Shown: piece after piece, positions 1-13,300 of the stretch | Numbering within the stretch: the stretch's first letter is position 1 | Layout: each line of letters starts with the position of its first letter | Assembly: GCF_003918875.1 (NCBI RefSeq) | Contig: NW_025765400.1 | Coordinates: forward strand, 1 to 64,000 | Direction: 5' to 3' | Source of the DNA: Haliotis rubra | Taxonomy: Eukaryota | DNA length: 64,000 nt | The notes under the pieces: model-generated | The model's input: only the letters and a program-made list of their open reading frames with translations | Told to the model about the DNA's origin: nothing | The model's database searches: none | Made by a program: the position numbers and the translations under genes

Positions 1-153
1 CTATCAATCTTATCATTGATGCCTTATGGATGTTACCATTTGTCCGAAAACAGAGCAGAAATTTAAATACACATCTGTACTGAAAGTAAGTACACGGTAA
101 ATTAAAGTTCTGCATCAAACCGGAAGACTTGGTCCTTATGGCACATTAATATA

Positions 154-1214
154 CTAAGTATTTGATGAATGCAAACAATAATCCCTATCTGAAATAACAT
201 ACCACACCAGAAAGAGCACAGATAAAGTATCATGAAGCCAGTTGCGCTGTCCTGCTGGTGGTCTCAGGTGAAGCCCATCGCAGGCAATGAACTCCTGCCT
301 TACTACACTCCCGGAAGACATGAAGTTAGGGTGGGCCGACATAGGTCAATCCATTCTCACCGCAAAGGTGTTTCACTGCACTTTCTCGTTGAGGGAATCC
401 TGATTTCCGGCCTTGTCGCCGTCTATTCCAATATCAAATCTTTGGGTGACACCGGAAAGGAGTACCACAGCTCTGTGTAACATAAAGCATTACAAAAACA
501 TTAATATGTGCGCATCCGACCAGATCGTTTTTCCCACCCGCTGAAATCTGAAAAAAATGGAAATTTATCTAAAAAATAATCTGTGGTCGGATACTGCCTT
601 GGACGTTTGACCTCACTTTTGGCAAACCGCTCGTATAAGTAAATGTCACGCATCGAGATGAAAGCTGTTATCCATAAAACGTAACATGTATTCAATGTAT
701 TCAAATGTTCGATTGAGCTTCCGACAGTTTTAAATGGGTGCATAAAACTAGGTGACATACCGTGGGTTCTGTTTCTAGTTATAATGTCAACCAGTTTCGC
801 GAAGTTGTCCAACTACCCGCCCAGGCATCCTAGGCATAGTGTTACGCCAAGGTCATTGATCCCAATGTGGAGCGATAATGAACTGGAAACAATGTTGAAT
901 TAAAACTCACTTCAGAAATGAGGATTGAGCTGGGCGATCAAAACATAAGATACGAATGCTTTTTAGCATCCGGTATCCACAAAGATGTGGGTATATTACG
1001 ACTACACGCGTGAAATAATTCCTCATTCTGTGCACAATCCGACATTCTTCAACTGTTTCCTACTTAAAGTCTCTCCATGTCCCAAAAAGAGATCAGGAAA
1101 ACACAGCCAGCCACCTTGGCTCCGGACAGACACACCTTGTCACGATCCCTTCTTTCGGCGTTTATAACGTCCAACATACTTCAGCAACGATTCGCCAACC
1201 AGTAATGCAGACAT
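154..1214 (-). pseudogene. SGNH/GDSL-type esterase gene, 3 predicted exons (1214-1064, 882-761, 472-154), frameshifted
   Basis: All four SGNH blocks occur in order on the minus strand: MSALLVGESLLKYV (block I, GDS read as GES), CLSGAKV (II), LHIGINDLG (III), AVVLLSGV...LNEKV...LCGENGLTYVG...DGLHL (V, DxxH). Intron 473-760 has GTATGT...TTACACAG and joins KQNPR|AVVLLSG. Intron 883-1063 is weaker (GTAGGA...TTCCAG). Several 1-nt frameshifts are needed. Confidence 0.7.
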
Positions 1215-2547
1215 TTTCAGTTCAGATGATTCTGAAAATAGGCTGCTACTGATGATGATGATGATTTAAGGTTACAGATCTTAAGATTATTTAACGTCGG
1301 CTTTGGCTGTAGCCAATGTCGCCGACGGCAGGTAGGTGGGAGTAAGATAATAATAAATAGGTTAAAATAAGGAGTAAACCACCATATATCTCAAAAATAT
1401 AAATGCTGGGGCATTAACCTAAGTGGAATGCTTTGCAGCCGAAAACTTTGAAAACATGAGAAAAATAAATAAAAAGCCGATGTTATGAAGGAAAGGAAAA
1501 AAATACACCTTGAGTTTATTAGTGATAGGAAATGAGAGTTATTGTTAAAATAGTAATGATGAAATATTAAATCATTGGGCCTATGGTGGAGGAGGGGAGA
1601 TATCCATAAGGAAGTATAGACCTCATAGTAGGGCCTGGTATAGGAAATGCAGGTAAGCCGCATAACCATCATCAAAGACTGATTTAGAAAAATCATCAAC
1701 ATTCAATTGTTCTGAATTAGTTAGAGATTACGGTCTACAGCATTCTCCGGGTGAAAGGATTAGTGCAGCCTTCAAAAGCTAGGAAACAAGTGTGCTATCA
1801 CTGTGAAGGCACTGCCTAAAAGATATAAACCGTCATGTTGCATTCTTGTAACTTTGGTCATCAAGATCGTCGTTCATGCTTACCAGATGACCTTGCGTTA
1901 GAGGGATTGAGGCTACTTTGTTTAACGTTTTAGTGGAGATGTGATTAATTAAGGAATGGATAGGCGCAGACCTAGCAGCAGATTTAAACACTGCATAGAT
2001 AAATTGAAATCCACTCCCAAGTCTAATCAGTGAATTTGTGACATGTGGCCCTTGCTGAGCATATTAATGATAATCATGCAGCGATAAGTGTCATAAATTT
2101 TGACGCCTGATCTAATCAAATATACTAAGCTAGTAAGTCATGATGGTAGTATAAGAAGGTTTGTTGGAAGTTCCAACCTTCCCTAAATTTTGGAGTAAGT
2201 TAGAGTTTTGTAGGAAAGTAGCTATAGCATGGAGAATGATATTGTAGGCAAGATCCTAAATAGGAGGTTGAGAATGTTGAGAGTGTATGTTATTGTGGTA
2301 TTTCGTTCTGGGAATGTTGTTGTGTAATTGCTTAATGTTTGTTTGGTTGCAACTGGCAATGTGTGAATATGTGGCCTTTATGTCTTCTTAGGAGTTATTG
2401 AGGAGCTGTAATGTGTGCATCAGGCAATCCATCCGGGTGTCTGTTTTGTTTATAGAGTGTGGTAATTTAAGTTTGTAATGCCTGTGATTATCCTTAGCAG
2501 TTTGGTTATTGCTGTGTCTATGTTTTGATATTTGACCACTATCCATT

Positions 2548-3182
2548 TGTGGCAAGAAACACATTAGTCTGATACACTCTCACCAAAGTTTATTTCCGTT
2601 TTCGTTATGTCTATCGTTGTTGTAGCGTTGCATTAAGAACATACGTTGTATCGTTGTATACAAACAGTTGACGAGAGGTTCAGAGAAACTATAAAGGAGA
2701 AACAAAATACGTGTTTAGTATACAAGCCAAACCTGAACCTAATAAAGTGTACAAATATTCAAAATCCATATTTTCTAAATAAGCATTAATTGAATCAAAT
2801 GTATTTTCTCTTAACTCATTTTGGACATAAAGCAGCATAAATTCAAGAAATAACTCACATCTGTGTTCTGCCATAACTCAATGTGTGCTGCTGTCAACAT
2901 GCAGGCCTTCTGTCTGACTGAGCCCATGTGCTCCTGATCATGTGATCAGATTGCCAGGATGTGAATTAAGTTTTAAATTTGCAAAAGTTTAGGCAGCAAC
3001 CTGGCTTTGAACTTTGCAACCTGTGTGTTCATGAATATTAACATAAGCGGTTCCAGTGAACAATCCTTTACACCACAAGCACTTGTACAGATGTGTTGAC
3101 AATTTTAAAATATTAAAATTAACTTTTACTTTAAATTAAATAAACTAAATTGAGAGGTTAAACTTAGTGTTCTGCACGTACA
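2548..3182 (-). repeat. 3' LTR of BEL/Pao element
   Basis: Direct repeat of 9694-10328. About 12 substitutions and 2 single-base indels counted by eye (about 98% identity). Confidence 0.95.
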
Positions 3183-3306
3183 CACTCGGCCTCTTAAACA
3201 TACACCTGTTTAACTAAACTTAAAACGTGCAGAATTAACACAATATGTCACTGCAAAACTTCTGGTATGAGACCAGTGTGTAACACTATTGTTCAATACA
3301 TGTCAC

Positions 3307-6300
3307 TCATTCACTTGAAGTGAGAAGTAGCACAAGTTTGTGTACTGGTCTACGTAGTTCACCTTTTAGTGTTCTCAACACTACACTTCTCACATGTCCT
3401 CGTTTGTCTGATTCAGTTGCAATCACTCGACCCATAGGCCACTGCAGTCTTGGTATGTTTTGGTCCATGATCAGAACAATATCATCTACTTGCATGTTGC
3501 GTTTCGATTCATTCCATTTTTGCCGCACTTGTAAGTTCAACAGATATTCTCTCCGCCACCGAGACCAGAATACATTCGCAAGATACTGGATCCTGCGCCA
3601 TCTCCGCCTCATGTAGACATCGTTGCGCTGAAAATGACCTGGGGGTGGAATAGACACATTTGACTTCATCATCAACAGATGATTAGGTGATAAAGGATTC
3701 AGATCATCAGGACTGTCAGATACAGTGGTGAGGGGTCGGGAGTTTATAATAGCTTCAACTTCGCACAATAGTGTCCGATATGACTCATCATTCAAACGTT
3801 CACCAAACTCGTTGAGAAGAGGAGAAAGTACTTGTCGCACGGACCTGATGAGTCGCTCCCACACGCCACCCATGTGACTTGCTGATGGAGGATTGAATTT
3901 CCATTCAATATTACTTTTCAGCAGATAAGACTGAATGCGTTCCTGACTCATTTCTGCTACTGCCTGTCTCAGTTCTTTAGCTGCACTGGTGAAGTTAGTA
4001 CTATTGTCACACCAAATGACATGGATAGGTCCTCTTCGAGCTATGAACCGACGTAAAGCATGAAGGAACGAGTCTGTATCAAGAGAATTTGCTGTCTCAA
4101 TATGGACTCCTCTGCTCACAAGACATGTAAACAATGCCCCGTAACGTTTGGCATATTTCCGTCCTTCCTTGATAACGTGAGGGCCAAAGAAATCTACCCC
4201 TGTGTAGGTGAATGGTGGAGTAGGTTTGACTCGAATGGACGGCAGATCAGCCATCTTCTGTTCACAAGCTGGTACTCTCAATTTTCGACATGTGACACAG
4301 CGAGACAATATGGTACGAACAGCAGAATTAGCTTTAATGACCCAGTACTTCTCTCTTAGTGCAGATAGGACGTGATTCCGTCCAGCATGCCCAAGTCTCA
4401 GATGTATGTCAGTGATGATCAGTGATGTGACAACACTTTTGTATGGTAGTAAAACTGGGTATTTCATCTCCTCTGGAATCTCTGCTCTGCTGAGTCGACC
4501 GCCAACTTTGAGTAGTCCATTGTCTAAGAAGAGGTCTAGTCTGTACACTGAGCTACTCTTGGGTACTCGGCACCGTTTGCTACTTGAATCCATTTCCTTG
4601 TCGAAATGCTGTAACTGTATGAACTTGAGAATAACATTCTCTGCTCTGTCTAGTTCCTGTACTGTGAAAGGCTGATTGAATCGTCCGCATGAAGACTTGT
4701 TAGTTTGCAGTTTTCGACTGTGGAGAATGTCAAATAATCTGTGATATATCACTACAGCTCGCTTCAAACGATACCAACTAGAGTAATGATCCATCAGTTG
4801 ACACATAGTGTCTTGGGTATTCTTTGATAGTGTTTCTGTTGCAGTGACTACTTCTTCAAAAGTACAATCTTTCAGAACAGCTGGCTGTTGCAAGGACCAC
4901 TCGGATTCAGGTTTCATAAGAAACTGGGACCTTTGAACCAGTCATTGCACCCAATCAACTGTGAAGGAGTCACGCCACGAGATGCAACATCTGCAGGATT
5001 GGTCTTAGAATCAATGTAGTTCCACTGACCAGGCTCTGAAAAATCTCTGATTACTTTCACACGATTGGCAACAAACACTGGGAGCCTTTTCCGTTCACTG
5101 TTAATATAGTGCAGAACAGTTGTTGAGTCAGTATAGTAAGTTACACTGTCAGGTTTGGTGTCAAGCTGGAGTTGACCAATGTGTACTGCTACAGTTGCAG
5201 CTGTTAACTCTAAGCGAGGAATGGTGACTGTTTTAACTGGTGCAAGTCTGGATTTTCCCATAAGAAATGCTGTATGGATGTTGTCCTTATCATCACAAAG
5301 ACGAAGGTATGCTACACACCATACCCCATGGTACTTGCATCTGAAAACACATGAAGCTGTTTAGACACTCCAAACAGATTTCCAGCCTCAACACGAGGCA
5401 CTGGAGTCTCTTAGACATCAGATGAGTTCTGCAGGTATTTTGTTCCAAGCTGCTTGTTAGTACATAGATCTTGTAAGACTTTCTTGGCTGGCAGCATGAC
5501 AGGAGCCACAATACCTAAGGGATCATATAATGAAGACATTGTTGAGAGTAGTCCTCTTCGAGTAAATGGTTTTTCTTTCAAGTCAACCGTGAACCCAAAC
5601 ATATCTGTATTGATATGCCACTGCATCCCAAGATCTCTTTCAATAAGGAGATCGTAATTCAAGTCATGAGTTTGAATATGTTTTGAGTGATGCTCCGATG
5701 GAATCGAATTGAGAACATTTCTGTTATTAGATGTGAACTTGGTCAGCTGAAATCCACCTTCTTCACATGCAGACCTCAAATTGTCAACTAATTTCACAGC
5801 AGTGTCCTCAGTGCTGACTGATTTGAGGCAATCATCAACATAGAAATTGTTCCGAATAGTGTCAGCAACAGGGAGTCCATAAACATCCTCCGCTCTGTCA
5901 GCTGTAGCCTTCAAAACAAAGTTAGATATACTGGGTGAAGACACTGCTCCAAAGATATGAACTGTCATGCTTTATTCTTGTAGTTCTGTACTTAAATCGC
6001 CATTGGGCCACCACAGAAACCTCAGGAGATCATGCTGCTGGGGAGGAACCTTTACTTGATAGAACATGGCTTCGATATCAGCCATGAATGCCACAGGCTT
6101 CGCTCTAAATCTGGTCAGCACTCCAATCAGTGAATTTGTGACATCTGGCCCTTGAAGGAGCATATCATTCAGCGATGTCCCGTCATACTTGGCACTACAA
6201 TCAAATACTACACGTATCTTCGTCGGTTTCTTTGGATGGTAAACACCATGGTGGGGTAAATACCACACCTTCCCTGTTTCTGTTGTCAACTTATTGTTGG

Positions 6301-9300
6301 GGATCTTATAGGCGTAGCCTTTCAAGATAAGGTTGTCCATGAATGTTGTGTAGTCCTGATGATATTGTTCGTTCTGACACATTTTCTTTTTCTGCCACTT
6401 TGCTCTTTTTTTCAGCTTGTTCTCTGTTATTGGAGAATGTTGCATTGGGATCTCTAAGGGGCAATGGTAACTCATAATGGCCATCAACTTGCTTCACGTT
6501 GGTCTTTGCAATCTCCATGAACTTCTCATCCTCTCTGGAGTAGCCTTGTTCACCCGGTACTGTTCCAATGTCACGCTCACTAAAGTCCATTTCAAACATC
6601 TTCAGAATGGCGTCTCGAGTACGATATTCTTGGACTGCATGGACTTCTTGGAAAATTGCATGATTGCAGGTAAGGGAGTTATCAGATCGGTTGTACTTAA
6701 TATGGAGTGGTCCACTAACTGTCCATCCATGTTTATAGCGTACCGCAAAGGGGCCATTACCTTGTGATGGAATGACTTCCTGTGGCTGCAGGGCAAGAGG
6801 GCAGTTGCTTCCAATTAGCAACCCCTTTATCAAGATCAGGCTGGTACTCTGGTAGCTTGCTTGCCATATCACTAAGATGAGGGAATGTTAACAAAACATC
6901 GGGATTAGGTATCTGACTGTGACCAACTGGTATCTCTTCCTTAGTAAATGTCCTTGGTAATAAGACTGCATTTTCCTCAGTTATATCTGACATGATGAGA
7001 TCCTCCACTGCTAAGGTTTCTACTGTACTAACGCCATGCATCGTTCGAAGCTTGAGCATTGATTTGGTAGACTTTGCTGCAAGTTCATGTTTCAGATCTT
7101 CTGTGATGAAGCAACCGGTACTGCCATTGTCCCACAGTGCATATGTCTTTACTGATTTCTCGTTGCCTCTCTGTTGCACAATAACAGGGATGATAGGTTG
7201 CAGCACCGTATCCATTGTGTCCGATTTTGTATGACTGCAAGATGTGTTAACAGAGTCAGCTGTGGCATGCGTTGTGCCATGCCCATCTGCCTTTGACATG
7301 ATGCTACCTGTATCTGTTAATCCCTCCTGTCTATTCCGTACTGGACGAAAGTCGTCATCATCATGTAAAGCTGTTGGATGGCACTTGCCACACCGTTTAC
7401 AGGTCCGCTTCTTCATACAACCTTTAACAGCATGGTTGTAACCATAGCAACCGTAACACATTTTATTGTCCCTCAGGTATGCTCGCTTATCTGTTAGAGA
7501 CTTCTGCGCAAATTGTTTGCAGTCATCCATATCATGTTGCTCTTTGCAGAAGTAACAGGCAAGCCTTCTGCCTTTATTGTGACGATCTGTCGAATCTGGG
7601 TAGTTGCTACTTATCACAATACTGTTTGACTTGAGTTTGTGGACAGTCTGTTTATCCCTCTTGGCATCTTTGCCTTGCCTTCGTAAGTGGACCTCATTTT
7701 TAGACATTGCATCCTTACTGTAAACCGGCTCGTTTGCAGACTTGGATGCAAACTCAATGAACTGTACAATATCCTCAAAGGCAATAACAATATCCCTTTG
7801 AAGCCGAGCTTTAGTGACGTGATCTCGCCATTTATTCTGCAGATAGATTGGCAGCTTCAGAACAACAGCTTGCATGTTTGGAGCATGATTCAGCACATTC
7901 ATGTGAGACATACTTTTCATGGCATGGAGGCATTTGATGAGGAAGTAGGAAAACTGCTTTAATCCATGAGAGTCATCATATTTGATCTCTGGCCAAGCAA
8001 GAACCTTGTTGACATAGGCTGTTGATACTGTGTAAGGATTTCCATATTCTGTGATCAACAAATCTCTGGCCTTTTGATAACCATCAGCAGAATTCATATA
8101 CAGACAACCCGCTATCAAATCTTTAGGTTCTCCTTCCAGCTGTTGATCAAGATAATACAATCTATCTGTATTATTGGTAGTATGGGGAACGACGCGTGCA
8201 TCAAAGGACATCATGAAAGTACTAAATGCCATGGGATCGCCTTTAAATGTTGGTACCTTTGGTTGTGGCAAAAGCATCGCTGTGGCCATCTGTTTATGCG
8301 TTTGAAGAATTAGTTCATTCTGTCTTTGCATAGATGGAGATTATTATGAGCAGGCATCGTGGCATCCTCAGGTGAGGCTAAGTGTGAAGGCTTAAAGTCT
8401 TTAACATTGGGATTCAGCTGCCGAGATGAAACATTTTGGTTAAAGCCACTTTCATATGGAATATTCCCTCGTGGTCTACCATTACCTGGATTATCAAGCA
8501 TGGAAGAATGAACATTGGGGACAGTAGCATTACGAGGCATATTAACTTCAACGCCAAAGCTATCTGGTACCTCATGTACACGGGGTTTAACATCAAATAC
8601 ATCTGAAATTCCAAGGACACTAGGTTTTGCATAAAATTCACCTGGAATTCCAGAAACATTGGGTTTAACATCAGAAATTGGCTCAGGGATGTATCTGTGC
8701 CTCAGGGTTGCATCTTCTACATCAGCATATGCCCTTTCTCTTGCTTGCATTTTGGTAATTTCAATGTCAAGCTTAAGTTCCTGAACTTTCTTAGATTGTT
8801 CTAGCAAAGATTTCTCAGCATAAAGTTCTGCTAACCTTGCCCGTTCCTTTGCATAAGCAGATCTAGTTGAACGCATGGAGTTCCGAGATGACTGCGAGTT
8901 CCTGTGGGATCCATTGTCTCCGATGTCCATCAGTTGATTCTCCACCCGTTTCATCCATTGTTCTACCTCATTTCGGAAATGCAAGATTGAAATTTCTTTA
9001 TCTTCATGTCGCTTATTCTCAACATCTCTTGTCTGCTGTGAAACAATCTCATCATAATATGAAGTGAAACATTTTTCATACTGTTGGCACAAATCAGTAA
9101 AGTCAACATAACTAAATTTCACCAAGTGTAAACTTTCACTAGTACTACTTAACATTAGCCTATAAAGTTCATTTCTCTTCCTTGTGATGGCTCCAAGTAC
9201 ACCTGCTTGTCTATTCTTTAACATTCGTATTCGCTCAGCTTGTCCCTTTTCAGTTTGTGTCCTAGTACGAACTGACCTTGTATTTCCAGCATCAACACCT

Positions 9301-9560
9301 GACCCCAGTTGCTGTTCACTATCAGGAAACTGCTGGCCTGGTGTTGTATCAGATGTGCTTCTCGTCTCTGTTGCTTCACTGTTACTTTCTGTCAAAGGGT
9401 GTCCCTCCGTTTCTGTTACAGGCTGTTCCTCCGTTTCTGTTACAGGCTGTTCCTCCGTTTCTGTTACAGGCTGTTCCTCCGTTTCTGTAACTGTCTGGTC
9501 ATCTGTTTCTGCAACACTATACTCAGCCAAGTATCTGGATAAAGAATCCTGAGAAGCCAT
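3307..9560 (-). pseudogene. BEL/Pao gag-pol polyprotein, broken by several frameshifts/stops
   Basis: Gag zinc knuckles CYFCKEQHDMDDC / CYGCYGYNHAVKGC / CKRCGKCHPTALH. Protease ALWDNGS. RT YLPHHGV, RVVFDCSA, ADIEAMF, FYVDD. RNase H TIPRLEL, YTDS, NPADVASRG. Integrase HLRLGH...CVTC, GVDFFGP, CDNSTNF, GVWERL, C-terminal WPMGRV. Confidence 0.95.
9400..9510 (-). repeat. 24-bp coding tandem repeat (TETEEQPV, about 4.5 copies) in BEL gag N-terminus
   Basis: Unit ccgtttctgttacaggctgttcct repeated in frame within ORF 8310-9560. Confidence 0.9.
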
Positions 9561-9693
9561 ATTACATTCAGCACATAACAGTCAACAGTGTTCCAAGTGT
9601 GCTGTCAGTTTCCAGTTAAACACACACAAACTATCTAGTATTGAGAGCCTCCAGTATTCTTCATATGTATGAAGATTTTCTCTGAACTAATGT

Positions 9694-10328
9694 TGTGGCA
9701 AGAAACACATTAGTCTGATACACTCTCACCAAAGTTTATTTCCGTTTTCGTTATGTCTATCGTTGTTGTAGCTTTGCATTAAGTACATACGTTGTATCGT
9801 TGTATACAAACAGTTGACGAGAGGTTCAGAGAAACTATAAAGGAGAAACAAAATACGTGTTTAGTATACAATCCAAACCTGAACCTAATAAAGTGTACAA
9901 ATATTCAAAATCCATATTTTCTAAATAAGCATTAATTGAATCAAATGTATTTTCTCTTAACTCGTTTTGGACATAGAAGCAACATAAATTCAAGAAATAA
10001 CTCACATCTGTGTTCTGCCATAACTCAATGTGTGCTGCTGTCAACATGGAGGCCTTCTGTCTGACTGAGCCCATGTGCTTCTGATCATGTGATCAGATTG
10101 CCAGGATGTGAATTATGTTTTAAATTTGCAAAAGTTTAGGCAGCAACCTGGCTTTGAACTTGCAACCTGTGTGTTCATGAATATTAGCATAAGCGGTTCC
10201 AGTGAACAATCCTTTACACCACAAGCACTTGTACAGATGTGTTGACAATTTTAAAATATTAAAGTTAACTTTTACTTTAAATTAAATAAATTAAATTGAG
10301 AGGCTAAACTTAGTGTTCTGCACGTACA
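9694..10328 (-). repeat. 5' LTR of BEL/Pao element
   Basis: Direct repeat of 2548-3182. Minus strand reads TGTACGTGCAG...CTTGCCACA. Confidence 0.95.
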
Positions 10329-13300
10329 GAGTATGTGGGGATTTTTTTAATTGGAGATTTAATAATGGAGGTGACCCAGGTTGATTTGTTTGTGTTGATG
10401 TTGTGTTGGAAGCTTGAATTTGATATGTTAGTTTTGATGAGTTTTTTTATTTCTGATTTGGATGTGTGGAAATTGAGATTTGGTGATATATGGGATGTGG
10501 CGAGTTTGGCTGCGGTGTCTGCGGTGTCGTTTCCTGTGATGTTTGAGTGGCTGGGTATCCAAGTGAATGTGATATTTTTGTTTGAGCGTGCGAGCGAGTC
10601 TGTTTGGATTACTATATTGTGTATGAGGTCTGGACGAGATTTAGAGTGCATGTTGTGAAGTTGTTTGATAGAATTGAGTGAATCAGTTAAGATGAGGAAG
10701 TTTGTTTGGGGGAGGGTGGGTATTAGGTGAAGTGCAGTGAGGATGGCAGTGAGTTCAGCAGTGTTTATTGTGGTGTGGTTGGTATAGTGGAAATGAGTTG
10801 TGATGGGAGGGGTTTGTTGAACATGTATGCCTAGGCCTGTGGTTTTGTTTGTGTTGATTGATGCATCTGTATATATGTGAGTGTGGGTGGGGTAGTTTGT
10901 ATTTATGTAGTTTTTTTGTGATATTAGTTATGTTGGTTTGATGGGTGTCTTTGGGTAGTTGTTTGAGGATTGTGTCAAGGGACATGTCTGTGGTGGGTGG
11001 GGGTTTGTCGTGAATGTAGCTTGTAATGGGAGGTGTGTGTTGAATGGTGTTTAGCTGTTGTGCATGTAGCAGACTGTATAAGTGAGTAAGGCATGATGCT
11101 TTAAATGGGTTTGATTTGAACTTTTTAAGTGTAGATTTCTTAATGTTTTTATATTTGTTTGTGATTAGTTTAAATATTGGGTTGTGTTGGGCCCCAGCCC
11201 AGTAAGTGAGTGTGGTTTGGTTTATTCTTTGTGTGATTGAAGAGGTGCCTGTGAGTAGAAGTAATGTGTTAAGAGAGGTACCACTCCTCGCGCCGAGAGC
11301 TAATTTGAGGGCTTTAAATTGAATGGAATTAAGTTTTTGAAGATTATGGGAGGTGAGGTTGTGGAGAATCGGGGCGGCGTAGTCCAATCTCGATAATATG
11401 AGAGTTTTATATATGTTGATGAGGGTATGTTTGTCGGCACCCCAGTTTGTGCCGCTGATGGCTCTCATTAAGTTTAGATCTTTTTGACATGAATTGACCA
11501 AGTTATTAATATGGGGTGTCCATGTCAGATGGCGGTCGAAAGTTACTCCTAGAAATTTGGCTTCTTTTTTTAATTCAATTTCTTGGTTATTTAGGTGGAG
11601 TTTGGGGGTATAATTTTGCATATACTGTGTTTTGAATAATATGCCCACGGTTTTTTTAACGTTGATGTGAAACCCCCAATTTTGGGCCCAGTTTTGAATG
11701 GAGTTTAGCATTTTTTGAATTTTGAGTGATGCCTGTTTAACTGAGGTGGAGGAGGTCCAAAATGAAATATCGTCTGCAAATTTGGCAGTTGTGATTTCTG
11801 GCCATTTATCTGGAAAAATGTCATTAATCATGAAGTTGAATAAAGTTGGGGATAATATGCTCCCCTGGGGGGTTCCATTTTCTAGGGGGTATGGGTCCGA
11901 GATGGTGTTGTGAGATTTGATTGTTATTTGTCTGTCGTTTAGGAAAGAGTGAATGAAATTTAAAATTCGACCGTGTATGGCATGTTTTTGAAGTTTTTGT
12001 AGTAGGCCGTTGTGCCAAACCATGTCGAATGCCTTACTGAAATCAATAAAAATGGCCATAGTGTATTGTTTCTGAGCTTGTGCTACTTTGATATCTTGTT
12101 CTAAATGTAGAATGTGGTCTAAAGTTTGTCGATTTGGAGTAAAGTCGCTCTGGTCCTCCTTAAGTAAGTTGTTTGTTAAAATAAGGTGTTTGAGCCTGTT
12201 GTTTACAATTGTCTCTAGGGTTTTACAGAGGTGGGAGGTAAGAGAGATGGGGCGGTATGAGTCAGGCTCGCTGTTGGGTTTCCCTGGTTTGAGGATTGGT
12301 ACCACTCTGGCTGTTTTCCTAGTGTTGGGGATAGTTCCTGTGGTCCAGATATGGTTAAAGAGGGTAAGTGTGAGGTTATGCATGTTGGGGGGTAGTTTAT
12401 TTAGTATTGTGTATGTAATGGTATCTGGACCTGGGGCTGAGGCTGATTGTTTGTTTTTTAGTGCGGATTTGAGTTCATGTATGTTGATAATTTTATTTAT
12501 GGGTTGGTCAGTGTGAGGAGGTTGTGGGGTGTAGGGGTGGTGGTTTTTGATAGTGTTTTGGAAGGTGGGTGAGTAGTTGGTGGAGCTGCTTGTAGTCGAG
12601 AATTGGGCAGCAAATGCATTTGCTTTATCTTTGTTTGTGGTTAGGTCTTTAAAGTTGGGTGAAATGGGTTTTTTAGAAATGCCCTTTATGGCTTTAAATT
12701 TATTCCACATGGTCCTGGGATTTCGATGCGATTGCCTGAGGGTAGAACAGAATTTCCTCCAATGGGTGATTTTTGCTGCCTTGATAATTTGTTTAGTTTT
12801 GTTACGTAGTTGTTTAGCTAAATGTAATTTGGAACGGTCCCTTTTTGATTGATTAAGGGCCTTTTTTCTAGCCTTTCTGGCATTTATAATTTCATGGCTC
12901 CACCACGGGACTGTTTTTTGTGCGGGGTTAAACCGAAAAGTGGGAATGCATTTATCTGTGATATTTAGGATAGTGTTTGTAAGATTACTGTTAAATGTGT
13001 TTATATCGGGGCTGTAGATGGATGAGGTGTTTACTTGGTTGCATAGTATTGTGAATTTTTCCAATCTGCTTTATTAATGTTGTATCTAGTTTCTGTGGGT
13101 GTGGGTGGAGGAGTGGTGGTTGGTGAGGTGGGGATGTGTGAAGTTATAGTGATTTTAATGGGGCAGTGGTCGCTGCCCCAGGTGTCGATGTGTACCTCCC
13201 ATATGCAAGCTTGTGTTAGTTTGGGTGTGGTGAAGGTGAGGTCTATGGCTGTGGGTGAGAGGAGGTGGGAAAGAGGGTAACGGGTGGGCTGGTTGTCATT

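Larger units (their letters stand above)
2548..10328 (-). mobile_element. Full-length BEL/Pao LTR retrotransposon
   Basis: Two 635-bp LTRs (TG...CA) flank gag-PR-RT-RH-IN in the BEL/Pao order. Purine-rich tract AAGAGGCCGAGTG precedes the 3' LTR on the minus strand. Confidence 0.96.

Noticed and set aside
230-812. piggyBac transposase (NGLTYVG and TTDYF look-alike motifs)
   Set aside because: The ordered SGNH blocks and splice sites explain the region better; no TTAA-flanked TIRs were seen.
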